Position numbers and translations under genes: made by a program. The notes under the pieces are model-generated. The model made no database searches. It saw only the letters and a list, made by a program, of their open reading frames with translations, and was not told the DNA's origin. A DNA stretch of 54,490 nt from Candidatus Vogelbacteria bacterium (GTDB lineage: Bacteria > Patescibacteriota > Minisyncoccia > Phycocordibacterales > XYD1-FULL-46-19): assembly GCA_016188295.1 (NCBI GenBank), contig JACPIA010000004.1:108478-162967 (forward strand). Reading direction: 5' to 3'. This document shows positions 46,759 to 54,490 of the stretch, piece after piece. The stretch's first letter is position 1. Every line of letters starts with the position of its first letter.

Positions 46759-47478
46759 TCAAGTTTCGACTTGAAGGGTCAAGTGGCTAGGAGTACTTTG
46801 GCTGATGTTGAGTAATTGATGATAGTGAGGCTCATTTTGCCATTCTTTAAGTTTTTTAGTTGGATATTTAAAATCAGCATTATTATAAGCAACTACGTAC
46901 AAATGTGGCGCTAAAAAACTGGCCAAATAATCTAAAAAATAATTAGTAAAGATAAACGGACGAATTTGTTTAACGAGCCAACCGGCCCGCTCGACAGTCA
47001 ATTTTAAACTTTCTCGGGTAAAGAAGTTTACATGGGCTGCGGCCAAAGCGCCTCTAAATTTACTTAGTCTCATCAGCCAGGCCAAGCGGGGGATCACCGG
47101 CACACCTAAAACCAGCACAGTATCAGCTGCGGCAACCGTTTTTAATTTCATTAAAAAAGTATGAGGGGCCAGTAAATGCTCAAATAAGTTATTAGCCCAA
47201 ATCGCCTCAAATGGCTTGTCTAAAATCAGTTGATCAATTAGTTCTACATTACCTTTGATTATGTTAATGCTTTTGGCTCTGGCGTAGTCCACTTCTGCCA
47301 CTGTCGAGGTAACACCTAAACTGTCTGGTCCAAAGTGGATGAGATACTCGCCATAGCCGGAACCAAGGTCTAACACTTTTTTAGTTCTCAATGCCAATGT
47401 ATCCAAAATTCGATTGAAGGTTTTGGAGTGAGCAACTGGCGCAAATCGCTTATCGGGATTGGTTAAATAGTCATTCAT
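46759..47478 (-). CDS. class I SAM-dependent methyltransferase
   Basis: VLDLGSGYGEY motif I with downstream acidic motif II. Confidence 0.7.
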   Translation of the reverse strand: MNDYLTNPDKRFAPVAHSKTFNRILDTLALRTKKVLDLGSGYGEYLIHFGPDSLGVTSTVAEVDYARAKSINIIKGNVELIDQLILDKPFEAIWANNLFEHLLAPHTFLMKLKTVAAADTVLVLGVPVIPRLAWLMRLSKFRGALAAAHVNFFTRESLKLTVERAGWLVKQIRPFIFTNYFLDYLASFLAPHLYVVAYNNADFKYPTKKLKEWQNEPHYHQLLNISQSTPSHLTLQVET

Positions 47479-47551
47479 TATGTCGAATTCGGAATTGTGG
47501 TCATTATACCAAATTTGATTTAGATAAAAAAAAATGAGATAGTAGTCAAAT

Positions 47552-47627
47552 GGGCCCTTAGCTTAGTTGGTAGAGCGCCTCATTTGCAATGAGGAGGTCA
47601 TCGGTTCGAATCCGATAGGGTCCACCA
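47552..47627 (+). tRNA. tRNA-Cys (anticodon GCA)
   Basis: GGGCCCT TA GCTT AGTTGGTA GAGC G CCTCA TTTGCAA TGAGG AGGTC ATCGG TTCGAAT CCGAT AGGGTCC A CCA. Confidence 0.95.
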
Positions 47628-49140
47628 AATGATAATTTTGATCAGCAGAATGCTGATTTAGTTCGTAGATTAGGCCTAATTTGGCGGTTCCAAATCCTTT
47701 TCCTCGTGTATACGGGATTCCCTCGGGGAAAACTAGTTTCTGAAACTTCGGCTGTAGGTGCGGTACAAGGTCAAACCACTGTCGGCCGAGGTCGGATATA
47801 AAGTTTGTGGCATAAATGACAGTGCCTTCTAGATCGAACTGTTCGATCCTTGCTTCGTTGGACGATATCCTCGTAGCGGCCATTTCGTTTTCTACTTCAT
47901 CCTTACGCTCCACGAATTCCTCTTTCGTGTAGGACCCATCCTCTCGCATTTCGTAGATGCGTTTTTTCTTTGCCTCGAGCATTTCCATTTTCTTATTCCA
48001 CTTTTCTACCTCGAGCTCGAACCTATGGCCCTTGGCTCGCCACATGTCTATGGCGGTTTCTTTCAGTGCTTTCAGGAACGCTTCTTTGGGTGTTATCTGC
48101 GCAAGGTAGGTAGAGAATTCTTTTTCCAGCTCTAACTTCTTTATGCTCTTTCCAAACTCACTGCATGTCTTATTTCCGCAGTGATAGTAGTTGTATCTGC
48201 CTCCCATACCGCCCCGTGGCGCGCTTCCGGTAAGTCCTCGTGAGCACGATCCGCACATAACCGTTCTCCGGAGTGGAAAGTCGGGATTAAATTTATTGTA
48301 TTTCGTCATCACTCTCTTTTTACCGGAGAGGATCATTAAAATCTGGTACATCTCATCTTTGGTGATCATGGGTGTATGCAAACCCTCTACATCTTTGCCT
48401 GTCCACGGATTGGCGATAATTCCGGCATAATACTTCAAATAGTTTTTAAGCATTCTGGCTACGAGCTGTGGTGAGCTTTTCTTGCCGGTTAAGTCTTTCA
48501 AGCCCCACTCATCGAGTTTCCTTGCCAGCTCGCTTTGCGAATGGAGTCCATTGGCAAATTCTTTTAAGGCTCGCTGGATGATCGGGAATATTTCCTCGTG
48601 AGGCGGATCGGCATAGGTCTTTTTCTCGCCATGTTTCTTAAAATTCATACACTTGTATCCGATCGGTGGTTTCCACGGATAGATGCCCTGATTAATTCGG
48701 GCGAGCATGCCGTCGCTACAGCGTTGTTTTCGTATAGCATTATCAAACTCGGCGATACCGGCAAGGAATGTTTCAAGGAGCTTGGCAACTGGCTCGTTGC
48801 CAATAGGCTCGGTGACCGAATGCAGAGTTACTCCATAGGTGGCCAGTATTTTTCTGATGGCGAAGTGGTCATCGGCATTTCTCGCAAACCGATCGACTCG
48901 CAACACCACAAAGGCCTGCACCTTATCTTTATTCTTGCGACAGAATTCCAATGCATCGAGGAATTTCTTTCTATTCTGAAGACTCAAGTCTTTTGCACTT
49001 TGGCCTTCCTCGCAAAAAACTAAGTCAACATCAAGACCCTTCTCTTTGCAGTATTTTCGGCAAAGTTCCTCCTGATGTTCCAGTGAGGTTCCTTTGACCT
49101 GTTCGTCGCTTGATACTCTTGTGTAAATTATTGCTTTCAT
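47563..49140 (-). CDS. large serine recombinase (integrase)
   Basis: IIYTRVSSDEQ catalytic Ser, VDRFARN, recombinase domain, Cys-rich zinc ribbon (CGSCSR..YYHCGNKTC) and a coiled coil. The last ~22 codons are antisense to tRNA-Cys. Confidence 0.85.
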   Translation of the reverse strand: MKAIIYTRVSSDEQVKGTSLEHQEELCRKYCKEKGLDVDLVFCEEGQSAKDLSLQNRKKFLDALEFCRKNKDKVQAFVVLRVDRFARNADDHFAIRKILATYGVTLHSVTEPIGNEPVAKLLETFLAGIAEFDNAIRKQRCSDGMLARINQGIYPWKPPIGYKCMNFKKHGEKKTYADPPHEEIFPIIQRALKEFANGLHSQSELARKLDEWGLKDLTGKKSSPQLVARMLKNYLKYYAGIIANPWTGKDVEGLHTPMITKDEMYQILMILSGKKRVMTKYNKFNPDFPLRRTVMCGSCSRGLTGSAPRGGMGGRYNYYHCGNKTCSEFGKSIKKLELEKEFSTYLAQITPKEAFLKALKETAIDMWRAKGHRFELEVEKWNKKMEMLEAKKKRIYEMREDGSYTKEEFVERKDEVENEMAATRISSNEARIEQFDLEGTVIYATNFISDLGRQWFDLVPHLQPKFQKLVFPEGIPYTRGKGFGTAKLGLIYELNQHSADQNYHLVDPIGFEPMTSSLQMRRSTN

Positions 49141-49149
49141 AATGTCTTT

Positions 49150-49172
49150 TTTGGTGGACCTAGATTTCAAAC
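49150..49172 (-). repeat. inverted degenerate copy of the tRNA-Cys 3' end
   Basis: The minus strand reads TTTGAAATCTAGGTCCACCAAA, compared with the tRNA TTCGAATCCGATAGGGTCCACCAAA. There is an exact 11-mer, GGTCCACCAAA. Confidence 0.5.
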
Positions 49173-49199
49173 ACACCCTATACTAATTCGTTGGACAAG

Positions 49200-49646
49200 C
49201 TAAGCTCGGTTGCCCACAGCTTGTTTTCTTTTTTTGACACTCTCCAGTATTTCCTTTATCCGATCGGTGTCCCGGTGATAATCGTTACCAGTGTAAGGAT
49301 CATAATCTCTGGTATTAACCGGACCCAACACAAAGTCCAGAATAGTTTTAGCGGCTCGGAATTTTATCGCATCACTTCTGGCTCCCATAAGTGAGACCAG
49401 CATTCTGGCCGCGGTATCGGCGTGTCTTGCGAGCACCGTATCGGTCTCTCGGTCGCGGACACCATTTCTTTCTTTTTCGTATCGTTCGTATTCCTCCTTG
49501 AGTAAACCGTCAGACCGAAACCATCTTTTGACACTGACGTGTGAGACTTTGAGCAGTTGTGCGATCTCCGAATAGGTAAAATCGCCATATTTTAAGCGGA
49601 TCGCATTCTGGTATTTTTCGTTTTTTATATCTACAGTTTTTGCCAT
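49200..49646 (-). CDS. HTH DNA-binding protein (possible regulator or recombination directionality factor)
   Basis: YSEIAQLLKVSHVSVKRW HTH. It lies directly upstream of, and co-oriented with, the recombinase. Confidence 0.5.
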   Translation of the reverse strand: MAKTVDIKNEKYQNAIRLKYGDFTYSEIAQLLKVSHVSVKRWFRSDGLLKEEYERYEKERNGVRDRETDTVLARHADTAARMLVSLMGARSDAIKFRAAKTILDFVLGPVNTRDYDPYTGNDYHRDTDRIKEILESVKKRKQAVGNRA

Positions 49647-49667
49647 TTGGGTATCATCTAGTATCTT

Positions 49668-50444
49668 TTAAAGGGTTAATAATGTATTGAAGTACGCTCC
49701 TTTTCTCTGAATCGACCCCTCCGGACTGTCGCGCATCAGCTTGTAGGTCTGCTCGAGCTTCGCCAATCCATACTTTTTGAGAGCTGAAAGCATAAAGCTC
49801 ATATCCGCTTCCTCAAGGTATTGAGCAATCTCCAAACATCGCTCCTCCTCAAAGCTTTTAGGACTGAAACTTCTTACGGGACGACGAGTCGATCGATTGT
49901 TTTTATTCTCTTTCTCGTTGTCGTTCTTGGGACTTCTGCCGAACGAACTTTTTTGATTGAATGAAAATCGCTCTACCAAAGCACTTTTATCGCTTTCTAA
50001 CTTCTGCCGAACATCATCAACTTCTGTCGGCACTTCTGCTTGTGATTGCTCATCAGTAGTGCTCTCACTTCTGCCGGACTTCTGTCTTTGGCAGTGTGCA
50101 AGGTCTGTAAATGTGCCATTAGATAAAGGATAATTGGCAATATCAACATGGAATGAACTTCTGCGACCTTGCTGTCCGGCAAACCATATCCACTTCTTAC
50201 GCTTCAGGTTCAACATCAGCCGGTTGATATGATTTTTGGAATACTTTTCTTTGAAATCTTTAGATAGTCCGGCATAGCTCACATGAGCTTTGCCGTTCCG
50301 GGGATTGGCATTGATCCAAAGCCAGACGAGTACTGAATACTCCTCAAACCGTAAATACCCGTCCACAAGGGCGGTCTTGATGCTTCGGGGAAGCTTTACG
50401 TAATCGTTATTGTCTATTTTGAAAGGTAGATTTTCCATATTCAT
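49668..50444 (-). CDS. hypothetical protein, possible wHTH or replication-associated
   Basis: ORF with a basic, low-complexity C-terminal half. Weak call. Confidence 0.4.
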   Translation of the reverse strand: MNMENLPFKIDNNDYVKLPRSIKTALVDGYLRFEEYSVLVWLWINANPRNGKAHVSYAGLSKDFKEKYSKNHINRLMLNLKRKKWIWFAGQQGRRSSFHVDIANYPLSNGTFTDLAHCQRQKSGRSESTTDEQSQAEVPTEVDDVRQKLESDKSALVERFSFNQKSSFGRSPKNDNEKENKNNRSTRRPVRSFSPKSFEEERCLEIAQYLEEADMSFMLSALKKYGLAKLEQTYKLMRDSPEGSIQRKGAYFNTLLTL

Positions 50445-50462
50445 ATTCCATGTTGGACCGGT

Positions 50463-50729
50463 TTAACTCATGGCATCGTTATACATGAGCGACTTCAGTT
50501 CCTTGATTGCCGTGACAAACGCTTTAGCGTTGACCTCGACCAGACCGGCAAAGAAGGCGCTTACCAGCTGGGGACGATCTGGCTCATTGGTAAAAATAAA
50601 ATGAAACCGGCGCGAGTCGGCTTTGTCTATGCCTAGCAACGTGTACCCCTTGGCCACAAGGAAAGCGGCCGCGTAGAAGTCGCTGGTAGCGAAATTATTG
50701 CTGTTGTCCGGTTGGTTTTTCATGCTCAT
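50463..50729 (-). CDS. DUF5659-like protein
   Basis: SDFYAAAFLVAKGYTLLGIDK..RRFHFIF matches my memory of DUF5659. Confidence 0.55.
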   Translation of the reverse strand: MSMKNQPDNSNNFATSDFYAAAFLVAKGYTLLGIDKADSRRFHFIFTNEPDRPQLVSAFFAGLVEVNAKAFVTAIKELKSLMYNDAMS

Positions 50730-50937
50730 TTTTATTATCTTTATCCTCTTTTTCTTTCTTGGCTTTTATTCTTTCTGCCTGCCATTGCTCAAACATAACT
50801 TCAGCCAGCATAAATAGGCCGTCTCTGATTTCCTCAATTTGTTTATCAGAGAGCTTGGGATCGTTGATTAATTCTTTTACTCGCTCGACGCTTAATATGC
50901 ATATATCGTAGCGAGCGGAGCACATCTCTTTACACAC
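50695..50937 (-). CDS. hypothetical small protein; start uncertain
   Basis: ORF only, with a Lys/Glu-rich C-terminus. Confidence 0.3.
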   Translation of the reverse strand: MCKEMCSARYDICILSVERVKELINDPKLSDKQIEEIRDGLFMLAEVMFEQWQAERIKAKKEKEDKDNKNEHEKPTGQQQ

Positions 50938-50954
50938 TCTTTAGGTAAATTCAG

Positions 50955-50984
50955 AAAACAAAAAAGACGGCTGTTCATGCCGTT
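50955..50984 (-). terminator. rho-independent terminator after the 207-aa gene
   Basis: On the minus strand, ACGGC-ATGAACA-GCCGT followed by CTTTTTTGTTTT. Confidence 0.6.
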
Positions 50985-51027
50985 TGTAAAAAAGTTATTA
51001 AGAAGGGTTGGGAGAGTACCAGCAGTT

Positions 51028-51651
51028 TTATTCCTTTTTCAAAATTATGCCGGGATAAATCCGGTATCCGGAGTCTCGATATCCTTCTACGATTTTAAAG
51101 ACATCAAGTTCTTTATGTGCAATCCGATTCATGGCATCGACTGCGCTTTCAAGTGATTTTCTAGATGCAAAACCGCAGATTTCTATTAGAGTCTCAGTCG
51201 GCACATAAGTTTTATGCGCTATCAACGTCCGGATCATCTTGTCCCGGTAGCTATTCGCCTCCACACGGTAGCAGTGATCGATTTTAGGTTCGCAATACAG
51301 CTCGTTGTCGACCGTGAAAAAGACCACTGTTTTGTTTTTGACCGGTTGGACCGGCGTGGTTACTTTTTCAAACCAATAATCCACTACGTCCTTGGCAATC
51401 TTTTTTCTTTCGCTTTTGTTTTGTTGCTCGTATTCCTGTATGCCAGACAAAATTCTTTCCGTCTTGGCTAGATGCTTCTTGTATTCCTGTTGAGTTTGTC
51501 GCAACTCGTCGCTTATTGTCTTTATGACTCCTGTCGCTTCTTTCAAAGTCAACACCAGTCCGGCATTATCAAAAGCATTTCGGACCGCGTCCCTCGCTAC
51601 GCCAATATTAAAAGTGTAGATTGTGGCCAGTGTGGCCGTTTTCATTTTCAT
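51028..51651 (-). CDS. hypothetical protein (207 aa)
   Basis: GGAGG lies 6 nt before the ATG at 51651. No family recognised. Confidence 0.5.
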   Translation of the reverse strand: MKMKTATLATIYTFNIGVARDAVRNAFDNAGLVLTLKEATGVIKTISDELRQTQQEYKKHLAKTERILSGIQEYEQQNKSERKKIAKDVVDYWFEKVTTPVQPVKNKTVVFFTVDNELYCEPKIDHCYRVEANSYRDKMIRTLIAHKTYVPTETLIEICGFASRKSLESAVDAMNRIAHKELDVFKIVEGYRDSGYRIYPGIILKKE

Positions 51652-51666
51652 ATTCATCCTCCAGTT

Positions 51667-51718
51667 AAACAAAAGGCTCGCGATCCGTAATCACAAAAGT
51701 GACGTTAGATCGCGAGCC
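51667..51718 (-). promoter_or_regulatory. leader hairpin: perfect 11-bp inverted repeat plus T-run immediately upstream of the SD
   Basis: On the minus strand, GGCTCGCGATC-(22 nt)-GATCGCGAGCC followed by TTTTGTTT and then AACTGGAGG. Confidence 0.5.
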
Positions 51719-51968
51719 CTTGAACTCGGAATACCTTTCAGGTTGCCCCGTGAGGCACTTATTTAACTGTTGGATTTATTTTACCACTTTTAGCTGTTTG
51801 GCCATAGCTTTATATGTGCATATTTGTACCGGAAAGCACCTTAAAGGTGACTTCCAGCACGCATTTCCGTAATGATACAAAAGTGTCATATTACGGAAAC
51901 GCCAAGGAAGGCTGGGCCTATTTAGTAAATACCCTAAAAAGCCTTTATTGCCGGCACAAAACCGGTGC

Positions 51969-51997
51969 TTGACTTCTCTATATCAGTAGAGTAGTAT
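51969..51997 (+). promoter_or_regulatory. sigma-70-type promoter of the AAA ATPase gene
   Basis: TTGACT, a 17-nt spacer, then TAGTAT, about 42 nt before the ATG at 52040. Confidence 0.5.
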
Positions 51998-52039
51998 AGT
52001 AAGTGATGTTACTATATCACCCCAAAAGGGTACAAAAAT

Positions 52040-53473
52040 ATGGACGAAATCCTTAAATACGTACAAAACCAACTGGTACAGGCCCCTTTCCGGCTTAAGT
52101 CCTACACTCAGGATGAGCAAGGCAAGAAGTATCCGCAGAGAAATATTTATGTCAAAGTTGATAAATACTTTCGGGATTTTTTGCATAACCCAAATGCCCA
52201 GGACCGTTGGATTATAATCCCAGGACTTCGTGGTGTGGGTAAAACTACAATCCTTGCACAGCTGTTCTTAAATCATCAGCAAGAGGTCGGCGATCGTAGA
52301 ATGCTCTATGTCTCATTGGATGAAGTGGTGAACGTACTCGGCTCGTCTTTGAAAGATGTTTTGACAGCCTACGAAAAGATAATTGGTGAAAGTTTTGAAA
52401 AGCTTACCCAGCCTATTTTTATATTTATCGACGAGGCACAATACGACCCCAAGTGGGCATCGGTATTAAAGTCTGTGTATGACCGGTCAAATAAAGTTTT
52501 TGTCGCATGTAGCGGTTCATCAGCTGTTTCTTTGCAGACAAACCCTGATGTCATCCGCCGTTCTATTTTCCAGAAACTTTTTCCAACAAGCTTCTCTGAA
52601 TTTTTGATGATTCGTGATGGAAGATTACCTATCAAAGGTCTGAAGCAAAATATTAAAGATGCCCTATTCAACGCTGACTCTGCAAAAGATGCGTACGAAA
52701 AGCTAAAAAAATATGAGCAAAGCGTAGTGAGTGCTTGGTCATCTATAGATCGTCACTACGTTGATGAATATTTGAAGATCGGTACTTTGCCATTCGCTAT
52801 CCGGATGAAAGATGAGACGCGAGTTTATCAAACTATTACCTTACTCTTAGATAAAGTAATCAATCAGGACGTTCAAAGTCTTGGCCGTTTTGATACCAAG
52901 ACTCTGATTTATATTAAGAGGGTACTATTTCTGCTTGCCGAGTCTGACGTGGTGAGTATCCAGAAACTTGCCACAACGCTTGAGACTAGCGTCAACACCG
53001 TTTCCAATATTCTTGAGGTGTTGGAGCAAGCCGAGTTGCTTATCCGTGTTATGCCTTACGGTTCGAATTCAAAAAAAGTTAGGAAGCCATCACGCTACCA
53101 GTTTATGTCTAGTGCCATGCGATCAGCATTTCTCTCGGTTGCCGGCAATGAACAGATTTTTGCCAGTCAGAAAGGCCGTCTTATGGAGGATATAGTAGCC
53201 ATGACACTATACAGGGAGTTCGTAGCCAACAGTCGCGGTGCTTTAAATTACGACAGCTCAAAAGCTGGTGCAGATTTTATTCTTACTATCGCCGGTAAAA
53301 ATATTATCCCGATTGAAGTTGGTGTTGGTGAAAAGCTTGGTACGCAAGTTCGAAGCACCATGAAGAAAGTCGGATCGGCCAAATACGGCATTGTGATCTG
53401 CAAAAATTCACTTACCTTACTGGAGGATGCCAATGTGGTTAAAGTCCCACTGGATTACTTCTTGTTAATATAA
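52040..53473 (+). CDS. AAA-family ATPase with a C-terminal DUF4143 / PD-(D/E)xK-like domain
   Basis: Walker A GLRGVGKTT, Walker B IFIFIDEAQY, and C-terminal GADFIL..IPIEVGVGEK nuclease-like motif. Confidence 0.7.
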   Translation: MDEILKYVQNQLVQAPFRLKSYTQDEQGKKYPQRNIYVKVDKYFRDFLHNPNAQDRWIIIPGLRGVGKTTILAQLFLNHQQEVGDRRMLYVSLDEVVNVLGSSLKDVLTAYEKIIGESFEKLTQPIFIFIDEAQYDPKWASVLKSVYDRSNKVFVACSGSSAVSLQTNPDVIRRSIFQKLFPTSFSEFLMIRDGRLPIKGLKQNIKDALFNADSAKDAYEKLKKYEQSVVSAWSSIDRHYVDEYLKIGTLPFAIRMKDETRVYQTITLLLDKVINQDVQSLGRFDTKTLIYIKRVLFLLAESDVVSIQKLATTLETSVNTVSNILEVLEQAELLIRVMPYGSNSKKVRKPSRYQFMSSAMRSAFLSVAGNEQIFASQKGRLMEDIVAMTLYREFVANSRGALNYDSSKAGADFILTIAGKNIIPIEVGVGEKLGTQVRSTMKKVGSAKYGIVICKNSLTLLEDANVVKVPLDYFLLI

Positions 53474-53477
53474 ATTT

Positions 53478-53936
53478 ATGCCAAAGGAAATCGCCATCAA
53501 AAACTTAATATTTGTAGATTGCGAGGGACACGGTCCGGCGCCGACACTCAACGATGCGGCGGCTTTTGAGTTTGGCGCGGTCGCTTATCCCCCAAAACAA
53601 ACATTCCACGGAACAGGGGCGACAAAAGAAACGTTCGAAAATTTCGACAAATGGATTGCGTCTGTCATAGAGAAGGGATTCAGGCCGCTATTCGTGAGCG
53701 ACAACCCGGCTTACGACTGGCAGTTCATCAATTACTATTTCCATCTTTTTCTCGGTAGAAACCCATTCGGTCATTCGGCAAGGAGGATCGGTGATTTCTA
53801 TGCTGGGCTTGTTGGCGACTTCACGAATGCAAGCTCATGGAAAAAGCTACGAGTTATGGCGCATGATCACAACCCGGTCAATGATGCCATGGGCAATCTC
53901 GAAGCGTTCGAGAGGATATTAAATGGCGAAAGATAA
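53478..53936 (+). CDS. DEDDh (DnaQ-like) 3'-5' exonuclease
   Basis: Exo I FVDCEG, Exo II SDNPAYDW, Exo III HNPVNDA. It starts 4 nt after the ATPase gene. Confidence 0.6.
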   Translation: MPKEIAIKNLIFVDCEGHGPAPTLNDAAAFEFGAVAYPPKQTFHGTGATKETFENFDKWIASVIEKGFRPLFVSDNPAYDWQFINYYFHLFLGRNPFGHSARRIGDFYAGLVGDFTNASSWKKLRVMAHDHNPVNDAMGNLEAFERILNGER

Positions 53937-53951
53937 TCACCAATAACATTT

Positions 53952-54356
53952 ATGCCAAAGGAAATCGCCATAACAACAAAACAGGAAACTTACTACAAAT
54001 GCACTCATTGCGGAGATGAGATTTTTTGGAATACCCATAAAAAATTCACCTACTGCAAGTGTAAGAAAATTTGGGTTGATAGTTGCGAGGATTACGTCCG
54101 GGTTGGTGGAAACGAGGAAGACCATAAGGTGATCAAGACGGTCAAGTCTCTGCTCCAACAACACCACTTCAGTTCCCGAGAGGAGCGGAGACGTATTCTC
54201 TATGCCATTGTCCGCTACTACAATCATCTTCGCCCCCCATCAATCTTTGGGCGGAATCTCTCCCTTCACTTGTCTCGAACACTGCATTGCCACCACCAAA
54301 AAAGAACTCCAGGAATTACAGAGAAGTGTTACCAACCCTTGATTTATGTACACTAG
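53952..54356 (+). CDS. small Cys-rich (zinc-ribbon-like) protein whose ORF runs on into a transposase remnant (chimeric reading frame)
   Basis: The first ~65 aa carry CTHCGDE..YCKCKK..SCEDY. The same MPKEIAI start appears in the preceding gene. Confidence 0.4.
   Translation: MPKEIAITTKQETYYKCTHCGDEIFWNTHKKFTYCKCKKIWVDSCEDYVRVGGNEEDHKVIKTVKSLLQQHHFSSREERRRILYAIVRYYNHLRPPSIFGRNLSLHLSRTLHCHHQKRTPGITEKCYQPLIYVH
54160..54342 (+). pseudogene. 3' remnant of a DDE (rve-type) transposase, frameshifted in a C6 run
   Basis: Reads ..ILYAIVRYYNHLR and then, after a +1 shift at CGCCCCCCAT (54231-54240), PHQSLGGISPFTCLEH, which is the conserved YN..RPH.sLGG.sP tail. Confidence 0.5.
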
Positions 54357-54379
54357 ATTAGCACTCTAATTGCATCACT

Positions 54380-54490
54380 TCACTTCTTCAGAAAGAGCTG
54401 CTTAGGACTTTTGAATTTCAATCGTTTTCGTTCTCGATCGTTGAGTCGCCTGACGACATCCGCCAATTCTTTTGGAGTAATCACATTGAA
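54380..54490 (-). CDS. C-terminal end of an IS30-like transposase (partial; N-terminus beyond window)
   Basis: The minus strand reads FNVITPKELADVVRRLNDRERKRLKFKSPKQLFLKK*. This resembles the IS30 tail LN.RPRK.Lg.ktP.e.F. Confidence 0.5.
   Translation of the reverse strand, partial: FNVITPKELADVVRRLNDRERKRLKFKSPKQLFLKK

Larger units (their letters stand above)
47628..54490. mobile_element. integrated element 2 next to tRNA-Cys (serine-recombinase type); right end not reached or obscured by IS debris
   Basis: A recombinase abuts the tRNA, followed by an HTH gene, a wHTH-like gene, DUF5659, small ORFs, then plus-strand cargo and transposase remnants. Confidence 0.55.

Noticed and set aside
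53937-54227. 96-aa minus-strand ORF
   Set aside because: It is antisense to the zinc-ribbon/transposase-remnant region and has no start context.
1-54490. CRISPR arrays, rRNA genes, or an alternative genetic code (UGA recoding)
   Set aside because: No regularly spaced repeats and no rRNA-like conserved stretches were seen. Long housekeeping ORFs are intact under the standard code, with TGA used as a stop, for example at the REase/MTase ATGA overlap.

Overview
This 54.5-kb window reads like part of a small, streamlined bacterial chromosome. A Patescibacteria/CPR-type host is only an inference, drawn from the mini-SMC, DUF5659, very tight operons and mid-to-low GC.

Bases 1-23.1 kb are a housekeeping block: dnaE (partial), rnhB, rpmF, a NusB-Nudix fusion, rnc, a short SMC, rnr, rpsP, a KH protein, trmD, a contiguous rpoB-rpoC-dnaG-rpoD string, a DsbA-like protein, a CsaA-like protein and pepF.

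At about 23.1-23.7 kb there is a scrambled tRNA hotspot. It holds a promoter-driven tRNA-like gene with a 17-nt expanded anticodon arm, a tRNA-Asn 5' pseudo-fragment carrying a 16-bp palindrome, a small GIY-YIG ORF and an intact tRNA-Asn.

Integrated element 1 follows (about 23.65-36.1 kb). It has a large serine recombinase and small backbone genes. Its cargo is a three-gene type IIS-like R-M operon, in which one methyltransferase is fused to a complete LexA, divergent from a Ymh(TIGR02391)-like gene plus a PHP-SMC/ABC-type ATPase.

Bases 36.2-47.5 kb are envelope and housekeeping genes: a PG-binding beta-helix protein, a VanY-like peptidase, a two-component pair, ddl and a MacAB-like efflux set.

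tRNA-Cys at 47.55 kb is followed by integrated element 2, which has a second large serine recombinase, small backbone genes, an AAA/DUF4143 ATPase, a DEDDh exonuclease and transposase debris. It runs off the window.

No rRNA genes and no CRISPR array were seen.
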